Part shown: positions 1-12,700 of the stretch, piece by piece
Numbering within the stretch: the stretch's first letter is position 1
Layout of the letters: each line of letters begins with the position of its first letter
DNA from: Lama guanicoe
Taxonomy: Eukaryota
Assembly (NCBI GenBank): GCA_013239625.1
Contig: MU054122.1
Location: forward strand, 124,001 to 149,606
DNA length: 25,606 nucleotides
Direction: 5' to 3'
The notes under the pieces: generated by a model
Seen by the model: only the letters and a program-made list of their open reading frames with translations
What the model was told of the DNA's origin: nothing
The model's database searches: none
Program-made: the position numbers and the translations under genes

Positions 1-207
1 TTGTTATCTATATAAATGCAAAAATGTTAATTTCCTTAAAGGTCAGAGCCTTGGGAATAGCCTCTCCTGTATATTTCAGGCTCTAGGCAACATTCTTTTA
101 CAAAAGGTGCAGAGCTAGCAAGACTGAGCCTAGGAAACAGGGCGCAGGGGTTAAAGTCAAAGGAACAGGTCTAATATGGAGTCAGATTTGTTCTTTCTGT
201 TATTACA
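1..207 (-). mobile_element. Endogenous retroviral LTR, 5' part (ERV1 class, MER41-like), truncated by the window edge
   Basis: Minus strand starts TGTAATAACAGAAAGAACAAATCTGACTCCATATTAG: TG terminus plus an ACTCCAT motif that recalls MER41-type LTRs (recognised from memory). Confidence 0.55.
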
Positions 208-555
208 GCTTCAGTTTGGCTTTGGTGCTTTCCTGAATCCCTTTCTAGTTTCATATCAGTTTAAAACAGAGCACTGTAGAATCAGTGTGCTTTTAGTCAC
301 TAATGAAAACATTTGTGAATATAATGATCTTTTTCAACCTTTGTGACACAACTCAAGTGTCTTTTTCAGGGATACACATTGCTTGAAAGGTACATTTACA
401 TATGCCAGTTTTTGTAATTTTCTACAGAATTTCTGAACAATACATTATTGCTCCAGTTGTTTATTCATTTTCCACGAAAGATTACATAAAATAATTCTGT
501 AAACTGATGTAAATTCAAAATGATTCATTTGCTCTTTTCATGGGAGATGCATTAC

Positions 556-844
556 CTTCCAGGAAATTATGAAATCCACTATGGCAGGGAACTGCACTTT
601 TTGAATGCAGTGTGGTCTTGACTCAATGAACATAATCCAGACATTCGTCTCCATGCTCATTACTACAATGATTGCAATTACCCTTTTGAGTAGAAGGAAA
701 CAGAATTAGAAGTTAATCATTACCATTTGAATAATTCAGGCTTGGCAGAGATTTTCCTGAGAAGGTAGATTTTGTTACATATCATTGAGAGTTTGGAGGA
801 TTTCTTTGCTTTTTCTTTTTCAGATTTTTTAAGTATAATAATCT
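556..844 (-). pseudogene. Two relic exon-like segments (844-724 IIILKKSEKEK...KPELFK(W); 682-556 VIAIIV...FPAIVDFIISWK)
   Basis: Both open and phase-compatible with AG/GT ends, but the spacer is only 41 nt, too short for a modern mammalian intron. Confidence 0.4.
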
Positions 845-1153
845 CTGCACAAAGAGGATATAATCAGAAAATTCACAACCAGAGGGAGGAGTGTAATATA
901 GGGTAGAGCTTCACATGAGGAGCAAAGGGGTACTAATGGGACATGTACAAACATACGAACACACACACACAGTCTACATGTTAACTCGAGCTAACGTCAC
1001 ACATTCTGAAAGATGAAAAATATGTACTAGGGAGCCTGGAGTCATTGTGGAGACAGGGACTGGTTAAGGATGGGACACACAGCAGAGAAAACATCAATTG
1101 CTAGAATTAATGGCTCGAAAATCAGTAAGGAAACACAACACAACCCTCTCTAC

Positions 1154-1299
1154 CTCCCAAAGCTCTGGACACCAGGATTTCAGCACTTCCGCTGGCTACA
1201 TTTGAGCTTGATTTGCATGAAGGTGTACAGCTGTGAAGTGGAGGTTATCTTTGATGAGGACCATGGGTAAACCCTCCTGACATCCCTTTCCAAGGTAAC
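1154..1299 (-). pseudogene. Relic exon (G)YLGKGCQEGLPMVLIKDNLHFTAVHLHANQAQM*
   Basis: TTTTGTTCTTTTCAG acceptor, GAG/GTAGAG donor; phase-1 frame open to TAG at 1198-1196. Confidence 0.55.
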
Positions 1300-1376
1300 C
1301 TGAAAAGAACAAAATGAATGTTCTACTCGGTGACGCCTAAAATGCCCTGAACAAGACAATGAAATGATGTTTATAC

Positions 1377-1870
1377 CATAATCGGAGAAAATGCCAGATT
1401 GTATTAATACTTCATTGAGAGTGATTGCAGCATTGTGGGTGGTAAATCACCACTACTCCAATCTTTTGAAAGGGAGGAAGTACATTTTTGCAACAATATT
1501 CTGTGTTTGATGAGAGGAACAGAGCAACTGAGCGTGTCGCCACTGAGGAGGGGAGAAGGAAGGGTTCAGGGATTCTTGGCAGCTACGGAGCTCTGCCTCT
1601 TGTACTTTTCATTGGAGAGGTACAAAGAGAAGCAGCGCACAGAGGCACCTTGATCTGGCGATGGGAGGCTTTGGTCCACTGCTGTGATTTATGATGGGAG
1701 GAGCATTTTAACAAGGCTGATGTCTTACAAAGGGGCCATCCTCCCCAGGGATGTGTTAATGGAAGTGCCACACAGATCTGTGGGAAGATAGAAGATGTTG
1801 TCATCAAGGGCAGGAAGACGGATGAGATGATCTCACTTCTCAGTCTTTTTCTGTGTCATTATTCTAAGAT
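1377..1870 (-). pseudogene. Relic exon ...DHLIRLPALDDNIFYLP...RMAPL*DISLVKML...VRCFSLYLS...HRILLQKCTSSLSKDWSSGDLP...
   Basis: CTTTGGTTTTTATAG acceptor; long protein-like frame with several stops; weak GTATAA donor. Confidence 0.5.
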
Positions 1871-2409
1871 CTATAAAAACCAAAGCCTTGGTCCCTTTGT
1901 ATGTTTTTTTTCCTTTAAATAGTGGCTTGGGCTATATTTATTACGGAAGTACTGCTAAATCAGGCTTTGTCAACAATTCCTAGCCTGTGTTTAGAGGAGG
2001 CATAAACAATCCCCTAGGAGTTATACACAATTCTGGCATGGAATACTTTTCTTATAACATCTAATATGCTATTTTTGTTTACGCTGATAGATAGAATTAT
2101 TCCAACAATTCCCCGAGTCAGAAAAGACATAACGATTCTGTTATGATACTCAGCATATTCATATTCAAGTCAGATTAATTGGACAATGATTTATTAGAGA
2201 TGCTGAGGAGACAGAATTAGGTGAGATGCAAACTTCGTCCTGGAGGAGAGAAGTCTAGAGAGGAGACGGTATTATATGACATCAGAATGCAAATGAAGCT
2301 GTGACCTGAGAGCTTGAGTACCATGATCAAGCTCTATGGTAGAGATGTGGAAGAGAGGACTGGTTTTGAAAGAAAGAATACTTTTAATTATAAAAGTGAT
2401 ATATTATAT

Positions 2410-2745
2410 TCAATGTAATATTCAAAGTCTGGCTTCTTTTCACTTAGCAAATTGTTTTCAAGTTTCATCTATGGTGCAGCATGTACCGGGACTTCATCAT
2501 TTTTCATGGCTGAATCCATTTGTATGGATATCCACATTTTGTTTACTCACTCATCAATTGATACACACAATAGTCATTTCCACTTTTTGGCTGTTACGCA
2601 TGATGCTGCAGTGAACATTCATGGACAATTTTGTGTGTAGATATATTTTCAGTTCTCTTGGGAATACGCCTAGCAGCACACTTGTTGGGTAACATGGTAA
2701 CTCAACTTTTTGAGAGACTGCTGAACTGTTTTTCAGAGGGGCTGC
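2410..2745 (-). mobile_element. Old L1M 3' region fragment
   Basis: Antisense L1 motifs GGCTTCTTTTCACTTAGC, CCACATTTTGTTTACTCACTCATC, TTGGGAATACGCCTAG. Confidence 0.8.
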
Positions 2746-2899
2746 TTGCTGCCTAAGGTTTTACTGATTGGTTTCACAATCACATATTTTAGCATTGTTT
2801 TATTGTAGCACTAATACAGTAGCATTTAATCTGCTTCCAGTCTTGCTATGCTTAATATCTTCATTCCTACAACCCTTTGAATTATACCATTAAGGCAGA

Positions 2900-5255
2900 C
2901 TCCTATGGTGGGTCTTGTTTTTAACATTCTTTTACTTTCAACCTACTTACATCATTTAATTTGAAGCGGGTTTCTTACCAAAGTATAGAATTGAATCATG
3001 TTTTTAAATTCACTTTGTCAGTCTCCGTATTTTAATTAGTGTATTTTGACCAACTATATTTAAGACAATTATTGATATGGTAGAGCTTATGTGCTATTTG
3101 ATTTATTTGTTTTCTCTTCTTCCCATTCTTCTGTTTCTCATTTCTTGCCTTCCTGTGGGTTAAATATTTCTTAGGATTCTGTCTTGATTTATTTACAGTG
3201 CTTCTGAGTGCATTTCTTTGTATAGTTTTTGCAGTGATTGCTCTGGGCATAATAATACACAATACATAACTTATCACAGTTGACTGCTTTAAGTGAAATG
3301 AAATCTCATTTCACGTACGTCCCTTTAACTTCCCCACTTTTAAAATCATTGTCTTGAGCATCAGATGATATTACAATTTTTGTTTCAATCATCAACTGGG
3401 ATTTATAAACTTCATGAGGAGAAGTATATTTTATTGTATGTATCCATATTTCTGCTTTTCCCACTGTTCTGTCTTCCTGATGCTCCAAGACACGTTCTTT
3501 TACCATTTTATTTCTGTTTGAAGAACTTCCAATAGCCATTCTATATGAGTTGGTTTGCTAGCAACACTTTGTTTTGCTTTATTTGAGAATATTGTCACTT
3601 CCCCTTCATTCCTGCAGGATGGTTTAGACAAACATAGAACTTCCAGTTAATAGCTTTTTTTCTTTCAGCACTTGAAAAATTTTGTGCCACCTCCTTCTGG
3701 CCACCATGGTTTCTGATGAAAAATCTGATCTCATTCCAACTGTATTCCTTCTACAGTAATGTGTCATTTCTCTCTGGCTGCCTTCATTTTCTTGTTTTTA
3801 GTTTTTATGTGTTTAATTATAAAGTGTCTTGGTGTGGATTTCTTTCAGAGGATCCTGTTTGGAATTCACTCAGCTTCCTGAACCTGTACATCTTTTGCTA
3901 AATTTGAGATGTTTTCATCCATTATTTCTGTGCACATTCATTCAGCTCTATTCTTTTTCTCCTCTACTTCTTGGACTCCAAATACATGAATGTTGGCTCT
4001 TTTGCTATTGTCCCCCAGGTCACTGAGGCTCATTTTTCCCCTAGTCTTTCTTCTCTTTGTTACTCAGATTGAGTAATTCTATTGATTAATTTTCAAGTTC
4101 ACTGATTCTATTGTCAGCCATTTCCATTCTGCTATTGGACCCATCCAATGAGTTGGGGTTTTTGGTTATTGTATTTTTCAGTTATGTAATTGCCATTTTT
4201 AAAAAAATATTGTGATATAATGCACATACCATAGTAGTTCTTTTGTTAACTTAGAAAAAAAACCCCTCTTTTTGCTGAGCCTTTCTATTTTTTGTTTCAA
4301 AAGAATTTGTAACTACTTATTAAGGTATTTTTATGACAGCTGCTTTAAAAATCTTTATCAGATGATTCCAACATCTGATTCATCTTGGTGGTGTCATCAG
4401 TTGGCTGTCTTTTCTTATTTGTCTTTTTTTGGGGGGGGGGTTCTTGGTATGACAGCTGATTTTAGATTTTATCCTGGATATTTTGTTTATTATGTTAGAA
4501 GATTCTGGGCCCTCTTTCAATCTTTCATTTTAGCAGGCAGTCACTATGATTATGTCCAGCATGCAGGCCCGTTTGGTCTACAATTCAGGTGGCCGTTTAA
4601 GTTTCAGAGCCTTTGCAGTGTTCATTTAGTTTACCTGGTGCTGCTGGAGCTCACAGTGGTCCCTGATGGTTCTACTTCAGGGGAAAGGAGGTTTCCCCAG
4701 GCCGAGTCACCGGGTACCTCTGGGTTAGGGGAAGAGAGCCTCCTGCTCATGGTGATGAAGAGACTTCCACGTCAGGTTGTCTGGGGATGAGATCCCTCTT
4801 GCCAGTGCCCTCTGGCTGCCCGGTGTCTCTCAGCAAGTGGGAGGAGTCTCGGGCCTGGCAGGGAAGTAACGCTTCCCCTGGACCCTTGTCAGTGCGGATG
4901 CCTATACATCAACCTTTCTAGTTGTATCAGACTTGCCTGATGCTGTTGGCAAGACTTGTTCCATCCTGGGCCCCCTTATGTTGCTGGCTTGGTGGTCAGG
5001 AAGCACCAAGCCTGGGTCACCTTGTCCTTCTGTTGGGTGGGAGGTCATAAGACACCCTGACGTCCCATAACCATGTTCCCCTTCCAGGTTTGGGAGTACT
5101 TGACTGGTTTGTTTTCTTCTTTACACCTTTCAGACTTTTCTCTCTGACCCCTCTTGCGTTATGTTATAATCATACTTATCCAGAAGTGGTAATTGTACTC
5201 ATCAGGGAGGAGCAAGAAGAAATGAATCTTCTCTCTCGTCCAGACAACAAGTCAG
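2900..5255 (-). mobile_element. Old L1M (L1MC/MD-like) 5'UTR-ORF1 region
   Basis: Antisense ORF1 motif TTTCAGCACTTGAAAA...CTTCTGGCCACCATGGTTTCTGATGAAAAATCTG; GC-richer 5'UTR at 4550-5250. Confidence 0.75.
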
Positions 5256-5480
5256 AAAACAGTATTTTAAAAATTTTTCTATCTCCACAACTTCCCCAGA
5301 AGCCAAAAGCTCAAGTCCTATTCTAGAATTATTTTTAAACCACATATTTCAAATTTGAGTAAATGTGGCTATTGCTCTGTGTATAGAGGTACACAAATTA
5401 AATAGTTTTTGGGACAGTGTGTAAACTCCACAGTCTGATAGCATTCAGCATTTTCCATATCAATCGAGTATGGTGACTAT

Positions 5481-5600
5481 ATTCACTCACTTAACAAGTA
5501 TTCATTAAGTGCTTACTTTGTACCAGGTACTGTTTCAGTCACTGGTAAGGTAGCAGTAAAAAAAAAAAAAAATCCCTGCCCTCCTAGAAGTTTACATTCT
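5481..5600 (-). mobile_element. L2 3' end
   Basis: ATTCACTCACTTAACAAGTATTCATTAAGTGCTTACTTTGTACCAGGTACTG...CCCTGCCCTC...TTTACATTCT matches the antisense L2 tail. Confidence 0.8.
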
Positions 5601-5989
5601 CTAAACCATGGAATATTGTTCATTTAAAACCAATTCAAATTATAGCAACAATGTCGCTTGCTGTCTGTTCATCTAGGGTGAGCCCTCAAATAGCAAACTC
5701 AGCTTGCATCTGTTACACAAGGAGCATCACATTCCATTAGGTATTTTCAACCTTTTTGTGTGTGTGTAAAATTTAACTGTACTTGTGTAAGGAACTAGCT
5801 AAGCAAGCAAAATAACAACTATTCTAGTAAAAATTATGTTTATGCTAGATTACATTCAGAAGGCAGAAATCTGTTAAATGTCCACATGTTTAGCCAAGCA
5901 TACAAAGCGAGTTGCAAATATGCATGTGTATTTTCAGATTTTAAAGCAAGTTTTTCTCAGTTTTCCTAAAATGCATCAGAGCGCAGGGA

Positions 5990-6370
5990 AAGCCTTCTTG
6001 GGAAGGCCATTTTATTAACAGAAGCTGAGAAATGGAAATAGAGTAAGAATGAAGCTGAAGATGGTGTTGGATGATGTGGTTTGAACTTGGGAGAGTGGGA
6101 GTGAACCAGTACCATAAAGAGAAATATTGAAGTTAGTCATGAGTGGAACTAATGTTAGAATGGAAGGTGATTGTTTTCAGATGTGCTAAACTTGACGTGA
6201 CAGGAAGATATTCAAATGGGAAATGTCCCAGCTTGAACATTCTAGAATTTTCTGGGTGTCATGGGCAAAAAAAGCAGTTGTAGAAAAGGGTGAGATCTCT
6301 GAGAAAAAATGGCTTGGACAGTGAAGGGTGAAGAGGTCTGAGGACTGAATCTTCAGGAACAGACACAAGT
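5990..6370 (-). mobile_element. Degenerate L2 fragment
   Basis: Purine-rich L2-like motifs (GGGAAATGTCC, GAAGAGGTCTGAGGACTGAATC). Confidence 0.5.
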
Positions 6371-6422
6371 CCAGCTCCAAACCTCTCTCTCCTCTCTCTT
6401 TAGACTCTGTGGGGGATCTCAC

Positions 6423-6490
6423 CTGATTATAGAGCCAACTTGGCTAAATAAACACGTTCCATATTCACACTCTTATAGTTTAAATCCACC
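6423..6490 (-). pseudogene. Relic exon VDLNYKSVNMERVYLAKLAL*
   Basis: T-rich acceptor ...TTTATATCAG, CAG/GTGAGA donor; phase-2 start matches the previous exon; lesion near the 3' end. Confidence 0.6.
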
Positions 6491-6901
6491 CTGATATAAA
6501 TAAAGATGCAAACAAAATAAATTACAGAGCAAATACCTGAAGTAAACAATGAAGCCATAATATGTACAAGCAAATAATTAAGAACAGCCCAAGGCTAAAA
6601 AGAAGAGTTCTATGGGAAAATTAATGTCCTGTCTTCTATTTTATTGTGAAAATTTCTACCTAAATTAAGATCTGTAGAAAAAAATAAAGATTCTGGAAGC
6701 TTTTAGGGAGCAAGTATGGTATACTTGAGGAAGAGTTGTAAGCGCTGGGTCTAACTGAAAATAAGACTCAGAACCTACGGTAAACATCTAACAAATTTCT
6801 TTGAGAACGTCGGGAGTAAGATGCCAAAAAAGTTCTTTGCACGTGCTGAATAAATACATTTAAAAAGGAATAAACTCACAAATCAAGACGGAAATACTTA
6901 C

Positions 6902-6963
6902 GTAGCTGGAGTTACAGTTGCATAAGATTTTGAAGAGCATGAGGCAAAATGTTCTTAGAAGTC
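6902..6963 (-). pseudogene. Relic exon DF*EHFASCSSKSYATVTPA(T)
   Basis: Strong pyrimidine tract CCTTCTCTCCCTTTCTCTCATTAG, GTAAGT donor; 62 nt, phase 0 to 2; one in-frame TAA. Confidence 0.6.
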
Positions 6964-7542
6964 CTAATGAGAGAAAGGGAGAGAAGGGAGGATTTTCTTT
7001 TAAAAACTGAAGTTTAAAATTTTAGTAGGAAAGTGAAAGAATGACAGGAGAGGGAAAATGGTGCAGAGAGACTGACTGGTATAATCTGAAGTTGAAGAAC
7101 ATATGCGGGATTCTTACTACTTTTTAATAAAATATGCAGAGGGACTTCGCCAAATGAAATATTCTAGGCATAATTAGACATCTTGGAGAGTACGACGAAT
7201 GGAGAAAGAAGAGGATGGATTGGAGGTGGGTCTAAAAAGATGCACGTTAAGAAGGTGACACGATAGTTTTATGCAGCACCCTTTGACATCAGAAGTTGAG
7301 AGGAAGTGACTTCCAGTACTAGGGGGTTCAAGGCTGTCATGAACTTTACATTATGTAACCCGTTCAATCACAGGCTATAAGAAGACTGCTGAAACCTCTG
7401 ACTCTCACTCAGTTTCAAAGTCCAAAGCTGTTCGTAAGTCAGTTTACAATGGGTGGCCTACAATAGTCAGAGCTCCAAGCTGAAGACCAAACTACGAAGT
7501 TAACCTTCTTTTCAGCAACGTAACCAACTCAGGAAAACATAC

Positions 7543-8445
7543 TTTAGCTACTTATCTATACAGGCTTAAATTCTTATTGTGTTATCTTGGCTTATCTGGG
7601 AAGCTGTTGATTCCAAATTTTTATTTTAAATTGTAAAGTTATCCAAACAAAAAGAGCAAGAAGAGCCACTTTAGCCTGGATGCAAACATGGCAGCTGGCC
7701 CACAGAAAGAAAGCATCCTTCAGGAGCTGCTTGAGGTCGGGGGGTGGGGGGGTGCGGCGCTCACTCCGTTTTTCTGCACTGCTGCAGCTCGAACCAAACC
7801 AGCTTCCTTTGTCGTTAGCTTCGTTTCTGTATCCTCAGAAGTCTCCAGCTTAATAACTTCTGACCCAAACGAGGTTGAAGTTGGAACAAAGGACAGATTG
7901 TGGTTTTTGTTAAGGAATCCTACCTACTACCTCTTTTTTTTTTTAAGTGCTATGTAATCCCTCGACTTTCACAATTTCAACCACCGGTTTTATCTTTTCA
8001 AAAGGCTCTGTCTTAGGAGAGGGAGCAAGTTTGCTGGCAGTGAGAGGAATTTTCTGTTTTCAAGGCACAGGGCAGTGCCTACGGTGCAGGTCTGACTGCA
8101 CACAACGTTCGGGGTTCTCTGAAACTGAAGAGGGTCAGCTGACGCTCAGTAACAGGGTGACTCATGCCCTCCCCACTGTCATCTGGCTCTACTGCCTGTC
8201 ACCAAGGATTAAGATTGTTATCAAGCTCTGACTCCTTCTTCTACGACTACCCAACTCCTCTTCAAAGCCATTTTCCAATTTGATTCATTTTGTTTGTACT
8301 GGTGTGTCTGATTATCTCATTCATTATATTTGGGTATGGAAAACTTACTAAAATACGGGACAGGGTATGAAGTAAATTAAGATTATTTGGCGAGCCATTT
8401 AAAAGACAGTCAGTGATGCAAAAGGGAGAATGAAAAATCAGTTTC
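7543..8445 (-). pseudogene. Relic large exon: KLIFHSPFCITDCLLNGSPNNLNLLHTLSRILVSFPYP..., then a frameshifted low-complexity region
   Basis: CTTTGCCATTTTTAACAG acceptor, phase 2 matching the previous donor. Open for 60 codons to TGA at 8264-8262. Possible donors: GTAAGT (8348) or AAA/GTATGT (7542). Confidence 0.6.
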
Positions 8446-8809
8446 CTGTTAAAAATGGCAAAGATTCAATTACACATAGTTCTTTTTCAAAGGAAGAAGC
8501 TGTATTTTTCAAAATGTTGAGTAAGTTTATAGCAGTCCAAATATCAGAAAACAGAATTTCCAAGGCAAATCATATGCATATTTATTACCAACAATGTATA
8601 GTGGGCATTCGGCAACATGACATATTCTAAATTATGCATGGGTATATATGCTAATTAAATGACACCCTGGTAAATACATCTTTGTTAAGGTCTGAATTTG
8701 GTGCTTGCTACTGTTTATTTGCAGTTATAAATTAAGGGCAGGAAACACCATCTACCTGCCCATGGATATACTTCAATAGTTTTAAACATTTCCCAAAGCT
8801 ATGCCTTAC

Positions 8810-9065
8810 CTTTCAGTTTGTAAGCAAACATCTCCACAGAGCTTCCGTGGGGCTAGAGTTGGTGATGTGTAACTTAACACATTTTGTGTAACTTTGCTCA
8901 GTGGGGCATAGGACACTATAATTACCGAGTAATCAGAGTAAAACTCTTGACCCTTTTTATTGGTAAGATTCTTTTCAGCGGTGAGGAAAACCCAGTGAAA
9001 GTGCACCAAAGTGATTTCAGACAGTCGTATACTATAATTTATGAGACTTGCACTAAGGTTTATCT
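8810..9065 (-). pseudogene. Relic exon, fully open: INLSASLINYSIRLSEI...KLCGDVCLQTE(R)
   Basis: TTTTGTGTGTGTGTTTAG acceptor, AAG/GTAAGG donor; 256 nt, 84 codons without a stop (ORF 8806..9114). Confidence 0.7.
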
Positions 9066-9179
9066 CTAAACACACACACAAAACGTGGATAGTGGCTGTT
9101 GACGCAATCTGCATTGGCTCACAGCTTCCCTATACCCATAGTTTTCTGTGAGTGCTTCTGAAAAAAAGGTGGTAGGGAA

Positions 9180-9761
9180 TTTGTTTTTCAATTGTGGTAA
9201 ATTGTACATAACATAAAATTTGACATTTAAACAGTTTTCAAGTATGCAGTTCAGTGGTGTTAAGGACGTTCATACTGTTGTGCAACTATCACCACTGGCC
9301 ACCTCCAGAACTTTCTTACCACCCCAAATCCATACCCGTTACACACCAACTTCCAGGCCCCAGGTCCCCCGAGCCCTGATAACCACTAGCTTTCTGTCTC
9401 CATGAACTTGATTCTTTTATGTATCTCATGTAAGTGGAATTATACAAACTGTGTCATTTTGGGTCTGGTTTATTTCGTTGAGTATGTCTTCAAGGTTCAT
9501 TCTTGTTGTAATGTGTCAGGATTTCTTTCCTTTTTATAGCTGAATAACATTCCATTGTATGTCTACATCATATTTTGTTTATCCATTCATCCACCAATGG
9601 ACACTTCGGTTGTTCCCACTTTTTTTTTTTACTACTGTTAATAATGCTGCTATGAATACTGGTATACAAGTATCTGTTTAAGTCCCTCCTTTCAATTCAT
9701 TTGGGTATATACTCAGAAATGGATTGCTGTATCATGTGGTAATTCTATGTTTATTATTTTT
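9180..9761 (-). mobile_element. L1MB-like 3' end, left part (split by the GLDC retrocopy)
   Basis: TTGTGGTAAATTGTACATAACATAAAATTT...TATCCATTCATCCACCAATGGACAC...GGATTGCTGTATCATGTGGTAATTCTATG. Confidence 0.85.
9751..9761 (+). repeat. Left target-site duplication of the GLDC retrocopy (TTATTATTTTT)
   Basis: Identical 11-mer at 13535-13545; runs into the poly-T remnant. Confidence 0.85.
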
Positions 9762-12700
9762 TTTCAAATTGCAATGTTTTTATTAGAGTATTATTAATTG
9801 CAGATTTAAGAAAATACACTTGTGGAAAAAGGAAAACACTCAGAAATGCTATTACAGATTAGGCAAATTAGTAGGAGGAAAGATTTCTTCAGTGTATATA
9901 AAATGTAAATGTTTGCCCTGGGATTTCCCATAAATGGCATAGTCCACAAGGACTTATTTGGAATAAAAATGTCTATCAAGTCTCCAGTAATAGCTTCTAT
10001 AATGTCTGCAAACTTGGTACACTGAAGTTAAAAAGTTACTAGCGCATTCCAGACTTTCTATGCAAAAAACAATGGTCCCAATCAAGGCAACTTGAACATC
10101 AACTGCTACATGAGAAAGCAGAGGCACCAAAGCAAATCACTCCTCCAATGATGACCTGCCACTCACTAGGCTATTTACATTTACCTGGACAGATTACAAA
10201 ACTATACACAGTATATAAAACTACTACTTGAGTCTGGTGGAAAATGAAAGATTTCTTGATCAGACGCTCCAAAGCACATCAGATCAGTCACTTGAACTTA
10301 GGGAGAGAAGACGAGGAAGAGGCCCTCTTCTGTTGAGAAAATGGGGACTCACAGACATCCATGGGTGGGCAGGTGCACACCACGCGCTGATCTCCATAGA
10401 TGGCATCAATCCGGGCAATGGTTGGCCAGAATTTGTTCTCCAGTTTCACAAAGCGGAGTGGGAATGCTGCCGCCTCTCTGGAATACGGCTGATCCCAGTG
10501 GGAGGACGTGACGAAGGTCAAGGAGTGTGGCAACATCTTCAGGGGGATGACCCTGGGGTCGATGCGGCCCTCCTCGATGTAGGCAACTTCCTGCTGAATG
10601 CTGATCATGGCATCTCAGAACCTGTCCAGCTCTGCCTTTTCTTCTGACTCGGTGGGCTCAATCATGAGCGTGCCGGCCACTGGCCAGGACATGGCAGGGG
10701 CGTGAAACCCGTAATCCTGAAGCCTCTTGGCCACATCCACGGCCTCAGTATTTGCAGACTTTTGAAGGGTCTTGTATACAAAATAAACTCATGAGCCACA
10801 TAACCTCTTGCACCCTGAAAAAGGACTTTGTAGTGTTTTTCTAATCGCTTGGCCATGTAGTTGGCTTTTAATATAGCAGTTTCTGTGGCCTGTTTAAGGC
10901 CCTTGCCCCCCATCATCTTGATATAAACCCATGAAATTGGCAAGATGGAACTGGAGTTCCCACGGGGCCACGCTGACAGTACCCAAAGGCTGGGCATCTT
11001 TGCTTGGCTTCACCGAAATGATGGGATGATTAGGCAGAAAAGGCACAAGATGCTTCTTCACTCCGATGGGCCCCATGCTGGGGCCGCCTCCTCCGTGGGG
11101 AATGCAGAAGGTCTTGCGAAGATTTAGGTGTGAGACATCAGAACCAAAGTCTCCAGGACAACAGATTCCCACCTGAGCGTTCATATTTGCCCCGTCCAGG
11201 TAGACCTGCCCTCTGTGCTTGTGGATCAGGTCACACACCTCTCCAGTGTTCTCTTCAAACACCCTACTGGTGGATGGGTATGTAATCATGATTGCTGCCA
11301 GGTTCTCCTTGTGTTTATCCACCATGGCCTTGAGGTGAACTGCATCGATATTCCCGTATTTATCCACCTCCACAGACTGAATCTTCATGCCTGCCATGTG
11401 GGCACTTGCAGGATCGGTCCCATGTGCAGATTTTGGAATGAGGCAAACCGTTCTGTGTTTTTCTCCTTTCCCGTCCAAGTAGGCTCGGATAGTGGCCAGT
11501 CCCGCGTATTCCCCCTGAGCTCTGCTGTTAGGCTGGAAAGAGATTCGGTCATAGCCTGTGAGTTCACACAAATCCTTCTCAAGTTCTTGGAAAAGCTGCT
11601 GGTACCCTTGAGCATGGTCCAGAGGCACAAAAGGGTGGATGTTTGCAAATTCCTTCCACGTGATAGCTGTGAGTTCAGAAGAACTGTTGAGCTTCATGGT
11701 GCAGGACCCTAGTGGAATCATGCTATGAACAAGGGAAATGTCTTTGTTTTCCAACTGCTTCATATATCTAACAATTCTGTTTCTGAGTGATAGCTGTTGA
11801 ACACTTGATGTGTGAGGAACGGGCTAGTTCTCTTGAAGGCAGTTCCTAGAATACCTCTCCTTTCCTCACCCGTCCTTTCAGCAACCAGCTCTGCAGACTC
11901 ACAGCCAAATATCCACAACAAGTCATCCAGATCTTTTTCATTGACTGTTTCATCAAGAGAAATATGAAGTGTGCCATCCTCAAAGGGCCAAATATTTATT
12001 TGCCACTGAGTGGCCCTGCCCAAGACCTCCTTCACTGAGCAGCCACATTGAATCTTCAAAGTGTCGAAGAACAAGTCATGCTGGAGTTGGTGCCCCGCTC
12101 GCTTGAGACCCTCAGATAAAATCAAAGTGGCATTATATACCCTCCTAGCAATATGTTCCAGCCCGTGGGACCCACAGTAGATTGCAAACATTGCAGCCAT
12201 ATTTGCCAAGACAGCCTGAGCTGTACAGATGTTGATGGTAGCCTTGTCTCTGGATGTGTTGCTCCCTGGTTTGAAGAGCAAGACAATACACTTCTTTCCC
12301 ACTGGCATCTCTTGTTACCCCAACCATTCTTCCAGGCATCCTCCTCACCAAGCTTTCTCTGACAGAAAAATGGCTGCATGTGGTCTGCCATAGCCCAATG
12401 GCACCCTAAATCTCTGTGAGCTGCCCAGGGTGATGTCTACCCCAAATTCTCCAGGAGGCCTCAAGACACACAGAGCTAAAAGGTGAGTAGCACCGCAGGC
12501 CAAGCTCCCTGCCTGATGGGCTCTCTCCACCAGTTCTGTAAAGTCTTCCACCTTCCCTTCGGTGTCTGAGTACTGGAACAGCACTCCACTGACATCCTTC
12601 CCACTGAAGTCCATTTCATGGGGTAACTTCAGTTCAATGAGGACTCCAGGATACTTGGCTCGAGTCTGGACAACAGCTATTGTCTGGGGATGGCAACGGG

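Noticed and set aside
1583..1807. ORF starting MMTTSS as possible CUBN exon 1
   Set aside because: Does not match the cubilin signal peptide or RQKR furin site; better explained as an off-frame reading of a relic exon.
4272..4790. 172-aa plus-strand ORF
   Set aside because: Lies in antisense old L1 sequence; Leu/Phe-rich composition typical of a spurious frame.
7688..8231. Plus-strand ORFs of 89 and 94 aa
   Set aside because: Antisense shadows of the minus-strand relic exon.
10894..11763. 289-aa open GLDC fragment retaining the PLP-binding lysine, as a functional retrogene
   Set aside because: Bounded by frameshifts, lacks the N-terminal half, and has substitutions in the conserved motif (LHK to LRK, GPG to GPS); consistent with neutral decay.
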